In this document: piece by piece, positions 1 to 13,066 of the stretch
How positions within the stretch are numbered: position 1 is the stretch's first letter
Layout: each line of letters starts with the position of its first letter
From: Kudoa neothunni
Lineage: Eukaryota; Animalia; Cnidaria
Direction of reading: 5' to 3'
DNA: 64,000 nt
Assembly: GCA_964304625.1 (NCBI GenBank)
Contig: OZ199838.1
Location: 10,717,637 to 10,781,636, forward strand
The notes under the pieces: generated by a model
The model's input: only the letters and a program-made list of their open reading frames with translations
Database searches by the model: none
What the model was told of the DNA's origin: nothing
Position numbers and translations under genes: made by a program

Positions 1-82
1 CGGCATCATTTATTTAAATTTCGATGCGTATAACAAATTTTCGTATGTATTCCTGCCGCAGAACCCCGGTTGAAAACCGCTG
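1..82. mobile_element. Right end of a Buster-type hAT element or MITE, truncated by the window start
   Basis: GGTTGAAAACCGCTG at 68-82 is the reverse complement of the CAGCGGTTTTCAACC hAT terminus. It is followed by GTTTAAGA, which fits the nnnTAnnn target pattern. Confidence 0.6.
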
Positions 83-95
83 GTTTAAGAGCTAA

Positions 96-458
96 TATTG
101 GCGTCGTTTTCAATATTGCTTCCGCTCCATGCCTTGGTTGGTTTTTGAAAAACTTTATTATTTCGCATTTCTCTTTTAATTTCCTGACTCAATTTTTATT
201 TCTGTCCCCCATTTTGCCACTAATCGAAAACTAAAATCTCAACGCACCTGAAAAGTTACGAACCACGCGTCACTACAAAATAATCCGTAAAATACATAAT
301 TTAAAAATAATTTATTTATATTCTTAATGGTCAAATAAATGCTTTTGAATGGTTTGAGAAATAAATAAATAATTTTAATCTTTTGTGGGCGTTAATTTTG
401 TAACATTTTATCAGATTACGAACCACATTACGCTACAAACCACATGTCACCCATTGTA
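96..458. mobile_element. Partial Tc1/mariner-like MITE, same family as 26433-27109
   Basis: Aligns by eye with 26760-27110 (e.g. AAAAACTTTATTATTTC, CGCACCTGA.AAGTTACGAA.CAC.CGTCACTAC). Ends in GTCACCCATTG-TA. The left part is cut by the hAT end. Confidence 0.6.
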
Positions 459-656
459 TCTAAGTAACATTATACCTCAATAAAATTTTATAATAGCGTC
501 AATGCACTTGTAAGTAAAAATATCTTTATTTAATTTAGTATAAATAAATTAAAATAATTGATAAATCCAAAACTTTTCACAACTATCATACTAATAACTG
601 AATAATCTAAATATTTCTAGCTAGGTTAGAGGAAAATACCTTTTGAAGGTTGGCGA

Positions 657-3569
657 TCAAGTTTTCTTTTTGAAAACCACGAATCCAGTAGAAGCTACAA
701 TTATAGCTGCTACCACAATTATTCTAAAATAATATTAATTCAATTAAAACCGAATAATAAATTAATACATGACCATAGTTTTAGAGCTAAATAAAAAATC
801 AATATATTAAAAAATATTAATTAAAAAACCTTGAACTGCTCTTAGCTTCTAAAAGTAACACTCCATCATTATCGAATAAATAATGTTTCACCTTGTTCAA
901 TAGTTGCCGTCCCATAGACTGTTGCATCGGTAGAACTGTATACAGTCAAATGATAGTTGTTGCCATCCGCTAATCCACCGATAATGTATGATTTGCATGA
1001 GGGGAACGTTCTACATCCAGCATCACTTGGACCCATGCATTTTTTAATAATTTCCATCGATTTGGCACTCGAATTTCGTAATTCTCATTTACATTTGGAA
1101 TTTTCATTAGGACTTGATGGAAGGGTATTCTCAACCGTGAACGATTCACCATTTCTTGTTATTTGCACGTATATTATTTTGTCATTTTCGATAGGATTTC
1201 CCTTTGGGGCAGCTATTTACGACGAGTTTAAATTTTTACACGATCGCAAATATTTTACTAGCTATTAACGTGATCTCTTTTGGATCCGATTTTCCCGCTG
1301 CAGTAATAATCACTTTATACTTTTCTTTTGCATCATAGTTGTTGAATTTAATAATGCTGCACAAAGGAAATGAGGAACATGTGTTTGAACTGGCAGGTGT
1401 GACATTTGGATCAGTTTTAGTTTGTTGATTAAATTCAGCTCTCGCGATTTTTAATCCATTTTCTTTCAGTTGTAGACTAGAAAGTTGACTGGTTACAGCA
1501 TTTTATTGAATGGAGCTAGGATTAGGTTTAACTGATGTGCTTGCTGGAATATTCGGAGCAGCTGCTTGTGTCTCTGGTGCCATGCAGGTGTAAGCTTCTT
1601 CAAACTTGTCAACTTTCCTAATTTTGATTGTATAGTGACAAATGGCTTCAGGGATATTTTTGGACAATTGTGCATTCAACTCCAACCCATGCTTCGTATA
1701 TTTTAGATTTATTGCCAAGGTTGCAAGATCTAGATCGAATTAAGGAAATCAGTCCACCAAGAAATATGCTCGTTTTAACATCTGTATATATGTGTTCTTT
1801 GTAGTCCTTATCAGCAACGACCCTAATGTCGTAATGAGTGTTTGGTTAAAGGTCAATAATAGTTGTTGGATCTCTACATCTTCCTCGACAAGAATTGGTT
1901 TCAGTACATTTAGCGGTGTAAAATGTGTTTTTTCCTGCTGGAATTATGTAATACTCACAATTTCGCCGATGTTTCATATCGCCTCCTGCAGTACCTCCAA
2001 TAACTGTTAGTGTAGATGTTGATTCTGTTTTTGTAGGGGCAGTTGTTTGGAAATTTTTTCCTTCATTTTCATCCTTGAAAATTTTTAATTGCTGATACTT
2101 AATTTTCAGCTATTACCTGTCCTTATTAGTATTTGTTCTTTTTTTCGGTTGGATCTGTTTTGCCAAATTCGATTTCGATAATTTAAGGTTTTCCTGGTAA
2201 TAATTGGGAAATTTCTAATTTTATATATTCTTTCTTACAAGTGGCAACATTAGTGGCTCGAGTATTCGCCTCGCAATTCGTTGAAATAGATACAATAGGC
2301 TTAATTGTATCAGCAAAATAATGTTTTAGAGTACAAATAGCGGATGAATCTCCTGACGTCAGTTTGAACAGGGCAGTATTTAATTTTACACCATCCTTTT
2401 TGAAATCGGACAATAGACTGCCATTAGTTTCTGAAATGACTATAAAAGTGAATATAAAAATGTGTTATGTACAATAAAATACCAAACTTTTTCTGAAAAT
2501 ATCCATCTCGATTATTAATAGTAGTTTTAGAAATCTTTTGCTCCAGTCAACTTAAGTTCGAGATTTTTGCAAGGCAAGGAGCGTAACATTTTCCCACAAT
2601 ATTTCCACATTTCGACTCATACGCGGAGCCATCTGCTATGCTTTTACTGTCTTTACTACTGAAAACGCAGATCTCCGACGGTAATGTTAAATCAATGAAT
2701 TTAATAATGACTTGGTTAGCAGCTTCTGTCTTCTTTGTTACGTAATACTGAGGTTCATAAATAGCGATATTTTTCTTCATATATGCATTTGGCATATAAT
2801 AGAAGAAACGTGGATAATTGTCGCATCTCGTTTCATAATGAGGGCTTAACTTATTAAAATCTACAGTATTCACGTTATCTGCCACACATGAATTTACTTT
2901 TGAACCATCCGCGAATTTGGCGTCTGTAATGAATAGGGCAAGCAACTGAAAAGCGAATTTTTGTTACAAGTTTCAATTTTTCGGATTCCGTAGAGATTGT
3001 TACTTGAGGATTCCCCAAAAATGCTAAATACAATGGATAAATTTATCAATTTATAATTACTTCTTTTACGTATTGCCAAATCAAACACTTTTCCGCCTTT
3101 TGGGTAAGTTGGTACTTTAGCAGCACTCTCATCATTGTTATCATACACATAAATGTATTTTGTTCTCGGAGAAAGTTTGTCGTATGGAGCTTTGCTATCT
3201 TGTTTATTACAATTGATTATGCATTTTGTGGGATCAGCATCATCACATCCAGGACACTACGAAATTTCTTCAAAAATCAGCTGCTTCATTTGAACTAGAA
3301 GTGTTTGCTGCTTCGTTGGATTTCAATATACGGCATTTTCCAGTACCATAATTTGATCCACCAAGTATATGTTTTACTGTATTTGATTGATTGCTATCAG
3401 GTCCAACTTGATAATTTAGCGTAGCTGAGGGACCAGGAGCTGATTGAGTCTCAGCCGCCGGTGCATTCTCTACCATGCAAAAAAGTGTAATTTGTATAAC
3501 TAATAACCAATAATTAATTGTGATAAAATGAATTTATGTACAAAAGAGCTGGTGAAAAAATTTACACAT
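657..3569 (-). pseudogene. Disrupted paralog of the Cys-rich FN3-like type I membrane protein at 33809-36629
   Basis: Signal peptide MCKFFHQLFFIQITLFC is split by the same phase-1 intron as in the paralog. Shared blocks include HYETRCDNYPRFFYYMPNAYMKKNIAIYEPQYY, YESKCGN, FPSCK and YHLTVYS. It has the same 19- and 18-nt micro-exons and a TM (IVVAAIIVASTGFVVF-KKKT*). It carries several in-frame stops (SSIQ*, IIDL*PNTHY, EIS*CPG) and frameshifts. Confidence 0.75.
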
Positions 3570-5689
3570 AATTATATGTGGCAATAATGAGTGAAAACAA
3601 ATAGGATTGAATACATGAGTGCTATATTATTACCGATATTTATATCGGGTATTTAGCTTATTTAAAATAATTGATTTAATATCTCAACTCTTAATAGATT
3701 GTAATTTTCCCTTAGTTGATTTTTATGTGGTTATTAAATTACAAGGAAATTTTTATTTAAAAGTTATAATGTTATTGTATACAAAGTATGAAAATCATAA
3801 GGGTGGAGTTAACTTTTATTATGATAATTATTAAACTCTAGACTTACCTGATGATACATGATAAATCTATGCAGAACTTGTAATCATTCTATCATTTTTA
3901 TTAATCTTCTATTAAATTATTTTAGTTTTTTTCATTTTATTATTTAATATTAATCTTTATTTTCTCTATCGTACATAACTCGAATTTTGTCATATAGAAA
4001 TATTTCGTGTTAAAAAATTTCTAAAATAAGGATGAGAAAATTAATTAACAATAATTTTTATTTTGTTAATCACCTAGAAAAATAACTTTTTGATTTTGAA
4101 GTAGTGGTTTACATAATGTTGAAAAGCCGAAATTCATAAATCAGAATTATACATTTGCGTTCCTATATTAAAATTCGTTTCAAATCTTCAAACGGTAACG
4201 AAAAATCAATCTTTTAAATTTTAGGTTTATATGTTTGCCCTAAATTTGTAAAAAAAAAAATAAATATTAATACGCATACAATACAAATGAAGGAAATAAT
4301 TTATATATTGCTACATTCTGAAAATTTATGACGAATTTTTGGAGCTGAGAATAAAAAAATAAAGACCGAGAAACTTTCTTTAAATAATAAAACAAAATAT
4401 TATTCATATATAATTTATTGAGTTTTTCCTAAAATTTAATAAATATTTTTCCGACCTAAAAGGATCTGATTTAATCATATTATTAAGCTAGGTTATTTAT
4501 TTGAAATAATATATTCTTTAATTTAAACCAATTTTTTTAAATTCCACTCACATCTAGAGTAAAAACTTGTTTGTTAGTTCTTGAAAAAATTTTTCACATT
4601 TAAGAAACCATGCATTCTCATCATTCAATAAAAATAAACTTTTAATTTCCTAATTGATAATAAGGTGACGCATGTTTAGGTTTAATTCTAATTTTGTTAA
4701 ATATGTGAAAGCTTCACATTCTGAAACTTTCCAAAATTAGGTAATACAAAGAGTTTAATATCATTCAAACTAAAAGATAACCTAAAATTGATGAACTCTT
4801 ATGCTGAGTTCAGAGTCCAAGGAGATCTCCGAGAAAATTCACTTCCTAAAGGCTATATAGATCAACATTAAAAAATCTAATTTATTGCTGAAAATTTACA
4901 TCTGTATATAATCTTTTATATTCTAAAGTATTGTTATTATATTTTGACCGATTTTGCTTTGATCGATGTGTTGATTTAAATTCACCGTTAAATAAGTTGG
5001 GTAATATTTGACCTCAAAATAAATAATTATATTAAAGCATTAACAATTCGACAAAATACAAAAATTTAAATCTTACCTTTGGAAATACAATATTTATAAC
5101 ATTTTGGATGCTTCTAAGGTTTTCTAGAAGAATCGCGAACGGGGATGAGCATAATATGGTCTGTAACAGGATCCAGCCTCCAGAGCGTTTCACTTGGCCA
5201 TTGAAAAACAACAGCAATTTTATTATAGAACTTATCTATTTTTAATAGATTATGCTTCGAATTCCTCTCAAAATATTTTAAGAGCCAGTCTAATATTTAT
5301 TCACTCGTATAGATATAGCGGCCATATTTTATATATTCAAATGAAATAACTGTTTACGTTAAATTTACAATTAGAAACACAAATAATTATATTCCGCCGA
5401 CAATATTTTCATTTGAAGGAATGAGGAATATCAGTTAAAAGAAATGTGCGGCGTCACACAAGCTACGAAAGCCAAAAAATCAAAAAAATTGTAAAAGTAA
5501 CATATTTATATTTTTTAGGATGGCGCTTATTATGAACAGATTAGTCCTACCTTAAGCAAAGAAATTATGTCACTACGAACTGTTTGATTTAATAATCTAT
5601 ACAAAAAGTTTTTAAAAAAATAAGCCATTCAATTTTTTAAATTTATGATAGGAAAACAAGTTCGAAATATTTTTACCGCTTTCTAATGT

Positions 5690-6426
5690 ACTTACAAAAA
5701 TAATTTATAAACCAATTAAACATGTACCTCATTCACAGTATGTTAAATTTAACCACAATGGGTTTTAGAAGGTGAAAAATTGATAAAGGTAACCTAGTTT
5801 TTAATACCGATTTGGTTTAAATGTATTTATAAATATACGCTGGCCCAAAGCTGTTTGTCTTATTTACCACCATACCTGCGCAGTACTCAAAAAGTTTTAT
5901 TTATATTTTTTATTAAACTTTAATTAGAATGCAGCTCAATTTATTTTAACATTAAATTCTTTTGAAATAATTGTTTTTCAGATCTATACGGCCAAATTTA
6001 TATACCTCAATAATCCGGCTCGCGTAGAAATATAATTGCCTACCTCTGAACAATAAGAAAATATAATGTTAGTTTTATAGAAGAAATTTCAAATGAAAAT
6101 GACATTGACGATGTAGCTAACAAGAATCAAGTTTCACCAAAAAAGAAAATTGAATTAAAGGCCAAGATGTTCCATTTGTTCAAGAGAACATAAAATACGT
6201 TCGTCTTGCTACTACAATTGTATGAAATCTATGCATAAGCCCCCAAATTTCAACATGATTTGAAATTTGCGTTAAAAATTATAAAATAATTATATTTTAA
6301 AAATTTTAATATATTTGTCGGTTTTGATAGTTTAATTAATTCGTCAAACTACTATTTTATCCTAGGGTTAACAATGACCCCAAAAATATTTAAAGATGAA
6401 AGCTGTCGACTCAATACGAGTGTTAA
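5690..6426 (+). mobile_element. Decayed piggyBac-like transposon 3' part
   Basis: C-terminal Cys-rich remnant RCSICSREHKIRSSCYYNCMKSMH near 6165-6240, and a terminus-like AATACGAGTG-TTAA at about 6412-6426. Confidence 0.4.
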
Positions 6427-6957
6427 CAGTTTAGAAATTAATAATTGTCTAAATTGTAACATTCATGTATTTTATATTAATCATATACACTTATGCTTAT
6501 CTCGCAAATATCACCATATTCGTTATTATACTCTCCGGCGTTCGAACATATAAAATAGAGTATAATTGTTACAGAAAACCCATTTTCCTTGAATAATGTT
6601 TTTAGTCGATAAATTTTGTTTCGATTTAAATAATAAGAAGATTTAAAAGTATAGACGACCATTTCCAACGGCAAAATTAATTTCGTGTTAAATAATTTTT
6701 CGGTCTTGTTCATGAGGCGAGAGATTAAATAAACTGAACGCTGGGAGTGTAGAAACCTAATCAATCAGTTGTCACTCCTTTAGAGGAACGGGAAGTGCTG
6801 GTCCATATCAATTAACGGTCAGTATTAAGACCACATGCCAGCAAATAATTATGGAACAATATTTAAAAGTGGAAAATTAAAAATCTTCAAATTGTTGAAA
6901 TGAGAAGAGTAAAAATGTGGAAAAATAATGAAACTGATGTTTATTGTTGATATGAAA

Positions 6958-8357
6958 CTATTGGTTAGTCATATCTTTACCATCATCACTGTCATCTAAA
7001 TGAAAGGAATAAAGTCGCTAAATGAGTAATTCTACCTAAAATATAATGGAAACTTTCTTTCAGAAGGATTAAGAATGTTTTCAAGGATTTAGGAGGCTTA
7101 TCATTTGTAGGTTCTCTTCTAACGTAGTAATCGATAGTGTAAGCTGGCTGGAATGACTCAAAAAATCCGCAATCTTTGGTAAAACTAGGCAGTAACCAAA
7201 AGTAAACGTTTCCCTTTGTGCAAATATACACCAGTAAAAACACCAGCAACCTAACTAAACGACAAAAGTTAGACTATCAATCCTTTGCCAGAGACTATCA
7301 TATCATACATAGTACAATTGCAAAAAATAAAAAAATAATTCCAATGAAGAATTTTGACACGTAAGACATATATTCATGGTAGGTGGTTGGCCATATGGGT
7401 GAAAGATTGTAGGCAACAATTACAGCAACTAAAGCAACATTATTAGTTACCAAACATACACAGCTAACAATAGCAGCTCACCTATAGAGGTAGCGATTAC
7501 ATAGGTCCAATAACTTTCAGATTCATAATTCCATACATAGTACTAAATTTTAGTTTTATAAATTAGTGTACAAACAAAGAAAGCGTACATGAGTCGGACT
7601 ATCATGAAAGTTATTTTCTTCAATCAGTTCAATATGAACAACTTTTTTCTAAATCAAGCTTCCATATATATTTTAATTTATTAATTATGTACAATTTTGG
7701 TTGTTTGAACTTTTTTTTGTTTCTTCTTACGAGGTGAATCACAGCTAAAAAATATTTACAAATAAATTACTGTGTTATATCGCGCGTATCTACCTATCCT
7801 TTGCATTAATGTTGGTGTCAGATGTCTCTGCGACAATACATTGGTTGGATGTACTGGGATATTTTTGTTTAATTTTTTCAGCCTTTTTTCTGCTTAAAGG
7901 GACGGTAGTTCGGTCGACTTGAACAAAGATTCCATTGTAATTTAATCTAAATCAAAAACTCTCATGCGGAAAAATTGACGAAAAAGCTCACCTTTCGAGA
8001 AATCTTACAATATCTTCCCTCGTGTTCAAATTGTGAATATTCTTAAATTGATCTCTTGATTGCGACTCCATAAATGTATTTACAAGACTTTCTCCTAGAA
8101 ACGTTTACGCTCCAATTTTGCAATAAAAAAATACACATTTGAATTAACCTGTAAAGTATTTAATTTTTGTAGATTTCAGTAGACCTTTTTTTGTGGAACA
8201 TTCTTTTTTTAACATTTCGTAGATTGGTACATTTTCCTTGTCCAACGTAGTGTAGGTCTAGAATATATTTTACGACTTTTCACTGCAACTTTACTTTTTA
8301 TCTAACCTTGAATACACCGTTATGATGTGAAATTCCCCCAGAAAAGAATTGGCCCAT
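6958..8357 (-). CDS. SEC62: Translocation protein Sec62 (multi-exon)
   Basis: Spliced translation gives MGQFFSGG..MLKKECSTKKGLLKSTKIKYFTG..NTREDIVRFLER..YYVWNYESESYWTYVIATSIVAVIVAYNLSPIWP..LVFLLVYICTKGNVYFWLLPSFTKDCGFFESFQPAYT. This matches the Sec62 motifs YVWIY, LFPLWP and FWFLPNL..DVGF..SF.PLY. The last exon DDSDDGKDMTNQ* is inferred. Confidence 0.85.
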
Positions 8358-10040
8358 ATCTTATTAGCGTGCGCGCACACTTAATGAGGTTGCAGTTTTT
8401 GGTACTGGAGTACTTCCGTAAAGCCTTAATGAGCAGTTTGCGTACAATTTAATTCCCACATGGCTGTTAAAAAATCAGAGCTATTTTCATTTCTAACGTT
8501 GATTTTGGATATTGAGGTTATGCTCCAAATTCGGATTGCGTGTAAGTCAAGTTGAGGTCTCTTAAAATTGAAAGTGTCTATTTGCACAAAGGCTTTTGAA
8601 GTTTGACTTTTTCTTGAAACTTCGAATTCTTGAGCTTTTTTATATATAGTCTTAAAGCGTATTTTTTCCAATTGTATACCAAACTAAGTTTGTATTAAAT
8701 AATTAGGTGATATTATGAATGAAAATAAAATTTAAAATTAAAAGAGTTACAAGATGTTAATTTTTTGATTACTAAGTTAAGTTAAGAAATGTATAATAAT
8801 TCGAATGATCTCCATATTCAGGAACATAGCACGCCTTCTCCCTAGCGTTGCCTCGGTATTGCATTTTAACGCATTAGTTATTGACGTGTTTGACTGTATT
8901 TGGTAATGATCGAATCTCACTATTTTCCAAAATATTACGCAGTAGCATTATGAAAACATTGAAAGAATTTTCTCTTTAAGAAATTCCATAAAGATAAAAC
9001 AAACCAACTCATTGAATGCGAAAACAGTATAATATATACAGTTTAAAAAATAGTTAATTAGGTGAAATAATAATATACGCATAACATGATTTCTCATCAC
9101 AACAATATTATAAGAAGTGAGCGATAGAGCTGTGAGTCAAAGATATCTCAAACGCTTAAAATATCTGAGAAAATTTTTGAAACAAGAGTCAGGACATGGT
9201 GACGATGATTAGCCGATAGCTTAGACTAAAAAAGTCAAATATTATTTTTTTTAATTACTTGGTTTATTTATAATAACATGATTCGATATTTTTCCTTATA
9301 TTTCTTTAATGTATTTGGTAATAAATTGTTTTTATTTCATTTCCAACTCATAATATCATGATTGATTAATTTATCATCTTTTTTATGTATCATCAATTAT
9401 GATCTCGTTGACATAAGTTATTCGATTAGAACAATAACGTCAGTTGTTTAATTAATAGCGTATATTTTCAATAGTTGAAAACAAATTAAAGTTAATTATG
9501 CATATCCAACAGCAACCAGAAACGTACTCATGTCATTATAGATTACGTACAAATTTTCAAATAAAAATTTATCAAATGTTATATTCGTCCTAAAAATATA
9601 TTAATCGGCCTCTTATTTCTCCATAAAATAATTTTAACATACTTTATTAACCAATTTTAAAATTGCAACAATTTAATGAGAAATACTGTTAACAATTTAT
9701 TAAATGATTTTAAAAAACACAGTAATCGTTTACTGCGTCATATGCTTCACGTATTATCACGCATTATAACTAATGTATAAAACTACACACTTCTCAAAAT
9801 AAGCAGTTTCTACCATATTTACTCTTATAAAAAGTCCGATTAAGATATATAATTCATTTAGAAAGCTATTTTAAATTTTTTAACAAAAATAATAATTTTT
9901 TTAAATTTCTATTTAATTTTATTCATCTTAACAGAATTTATGAGAATATAAAAATATGAATATCTTATAAGTTAATAATGTTGAATATTAATAAATTTTG
10001 GTCATTTTATAACTTTATCAAAAAATCTAGTTTTCATGTA

Positions 10041-10529
10041 TTTTGTTTACAAGGTAAAGCTCCTGGCACAACTGGTTAGGTTGTGAAGTTCGGGTTAGTT
10101 AGGCCTTCTCCATTTACGCTTTAGGTACCGCAGCGTCATATTAAGGCGACTTACGTTTATGCAGTAGTGTGGGATTTTATTTTAACCCACTAAACATCCT
10201 CGTTTCGGAGAAACCACCATATCATATCTGGTCTAATCCAGAATTAATTAATCTGGGAAAGTCATCTGAATGCGGGAGTTGGCTCTACGGGAACCCCCTA
10301 CTGGGTTGTATTTCGTTCTTGTACCCTGGCGTTTATGAGGGCCCGAGATTTACCCTTCCACCAGGATCCTCTCCTAGCTGCAAACAAGGCCATAATAAAT
10401 CGTAGATCCTTGCGATTACTACAGCCTTCCTACTTAATTTCGGATTAGGAGTACAGGAACGCCCGAACTAAGCTTCGAACTCGCAACCTCACGGTATGCG
10501 ATCTCGACCTAACACTATTATGCCATATT
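10041..10529 (-). mobile_element. tRNA-derived SINE, copy A
   Basis: The minus strand begins with an A box (TGGCATAATAG) and B box (GAGTTCGAAGC) at tRNA spacing and has an A-rich 3' end. It is colinear with 43260-43745 over about 480 bp. Confidence 0.75.
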
Positions 10530-11039
10530 TTCTCCAGGCATCGAGTTTTCATGATAGAGGTTTGGAGTATCGGCAGTTTTAACGAGTATCGAGTATAGAA
10601 CAGGCAAAAACTTGGTATCAGAGAAACGCTAATTTTCATAATAATCTACGCTTTTAAGTTCAATGTAAATTACTGTCATTTTATTGAATTAAGGATTAAA
10701 ATGTTACTTCATTTTTTAATTTATATGGAGGATTTTAAAAAACTTTAATTGCAGAATAATTAAACTTTTAACATATAATAAAATTAAATATGTGTACGGT
10801 AATTAAATATAAACTGGAGAATGATCTAACTAGCAAAATTTATACACTTAATTGATTTGATTCCATTCAAATAAAAGAGGATTATTTTAGGTGAAATCAG
10901 TCACCGAATCCAAATGAACTTTTTTATGTCAAGTGATATTTTTAAGAAATAATAAATTTATCGAGCGTGACTGTATTAATAGTTTTACAGAAAATATGAT
11001 ATTTCTTTTTGATAAAAAATGCATAAAAATAAATGTTGG

Positions 11040-12564
11040 TCATTCTGTATACGCAGTTTCCACTGATGAAAGAGTGGGGAATCCCACTCTCACCAACGAT
11101 AAGTTGATTAGTCTTCGCATTATTTCATTTACAACTTTTTCATCTACAATTAAAAAATTATTCATAAAATAATGATAATATTAAAACATTACCAGAAACT
11201 TGAATAAGACCCATAGAATTATATCTGATAAAGGACCAAAATTCGGCCACATGTACTATCTTAACATTTTGAAATAATAAAGTAGTTCCGCCTTAATGAT
11301 ATTTACCTTTGAACGGGTTTCCGAAGATAGCAAAACTTCTTTTTCTATTTCACAAAATTTCATTTTGTAATTTGCTAAACATTTTCGTTCACTGTAATAG
11401 CAATATCTACAAATAAGTTAGATGACCCGAAAAATGAAACTATTAGAATCTACCCTTCGGTTGGGTCTTTAATTCTGTCAATTGATGGATTTGAAAGTAC
11501 AATTTTAGATTTTAAATCTTTCATTTTCTGAGACATATTGTTTCAGTTCATGTAGTAAGAAACTTTTAATTAAAATACTTTTTCATCAGGAAAGTTTAAA
11601 CATAAATCAATATCCCTATTGAACAAATTTTCTAACAGAGGACTGGGGAACTCCTTGTTGTTCTTTATCCATTGTGAAATGGTTTCGTATAAAGTTTCTT
11701 CGCAAACTATCTGTAACTCAATTAATTCAACTTTAATTTTACTATCATCAACGACTTTATTTAACGGAATAGTATATAGAGAAATTTGTGAACGTTTCGT
11801 TTCGTCCCTTATTGAAGGGACCTTTGCACCGGAAACCGATTGTATTTTTCTGCTATTGCCTTTGCCAAAAATTTTAAACATTTTTGAATTGATTGATGAT
11901 GACCTTAAATAAATGAGTTTGTTGTTAAGTACAAATATGTGCAAAGGTCTAAAAACAATTTATTAAATACTCATGACCATTATCATCGTGAATTTGATGA
12001 AGTTGTTCAAGGTGTGTTAACAATACATTTACCTGATTGAAAAATTATAAAGCGAATTCAATAAAAAAAGTTACTTTTAATTTTGTGTCAGTTAGTTGAC
12101 GTAAAGCTTCGTTCCTCTCGGCTTCAATTTTTTTAATATTTTGATATGATTCCTAAATTTTGGTTACTGCACATTTATACCTCTTAAACAATTATAACGG
12201 TAAATTTAAAATATTTAAAATTGAGCAAATGGAAAGTTTCGTCGAATTAACTTCAAATATTAATGCTGTAAATTCCTGAATCTCAGAGTGAGTCATGGCG
12301 TTTGATTGCTTCATAATTTGAAACTGTTTCTTTAAATCTTTATATTTCTTTTATAAAAAAAGTTACCGCGCATTTTATTTGAATTATTAACCTGTTTGTA
12401 GTTTTTTTGTGGCGAGGTTGTTGATATTCTGTTTTCATGCTCCGATTCGTTATTGTTATCAACACTACATTACCATTGTGAAAGTAACTTTAGCGGAAAA
12501 AATTGGCGTTTAATTGCCTCAAAATATCAGAATTTTGATTATCGTTTCCTGACATTTCTTTCAT
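11040..12564 (-). CDS. RAB3IP: Rab GEF of the Sec2/Rabin8 family (multi-exon; start uncertain)
   Basis: Sec2 coiled coil SEIQEFTALIFE-ESYQNIKKIEAERNEALRQLTDTKLK-VNVLLTHLEQL. C-terminal Rabin8-like motifs LYETISQW..SPLLENLFNRDIDLCLNF, VAEFWSFIRYNSMGLI and EIMRRLINLSLVRVGF. Confidence 0.8.
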
Positions 12565-13066
12565 TGAAACAAAAAAGCTTCTTTCAATTACGCCGAAAAA
12601 TTTGTTTGAACTATAGAATTTAAATAGTGATCCAGGTTATTGAATATGTCAACGTAATCTTAGGGTTGTTACCACGGAAACGTAGATAATCAAATACAAT
12701 AATCCAGCCGAGATAGAAAATAATAATAAGTCTTCGCCAGAGTTAGTTTTCAGTCGGAGTAAAACAAAAAAATGATACACTTTTTATTATTTTCCTCTTA
12801 AGAAAAAAGACAATATTTTAAAATTTTTCGTAATAATTTCTAAAATTCTTCATTTTATAAATTATGTATAAATTATGTGCTTAAAAAATTAAGTAAATTT
12901 ATAAAAGAAAGTGACGGTTCTAAAATGGGAATATAATTATTAAACGCTCATACAAACGCTGAAAAATTAGGTTACTCACACTTGGGATCAAATTGAGCCA
13001 TAACTCTTGATAAAAACCCTTACTATTTTTTTAAAGCAGAGGCTATTGGCACGATAAAAAATTTGG

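Noticed and set aside
657-3569. Stop-codon reassignment (TAA/TAG read as Gln) suggested by in-frame stops
   Set aside because: The same copy has frameshifts, the paralog is stop-free, and conserved genes here (NDOR1, LIPT1, INPP5F) end at TAA.
8426-8671. 81-aa ORF upstream of SEC62, or a small divergent gene starting near 8460 on the plus strand
   Set aside because: No recognisable homology, and no convincing spliced model on either strand.
8835-8880. U2 snRNA-like loop GGTATTGCA
   Set aside because: No branch-point recognition sequence, Sm site or supporting stems nearby.
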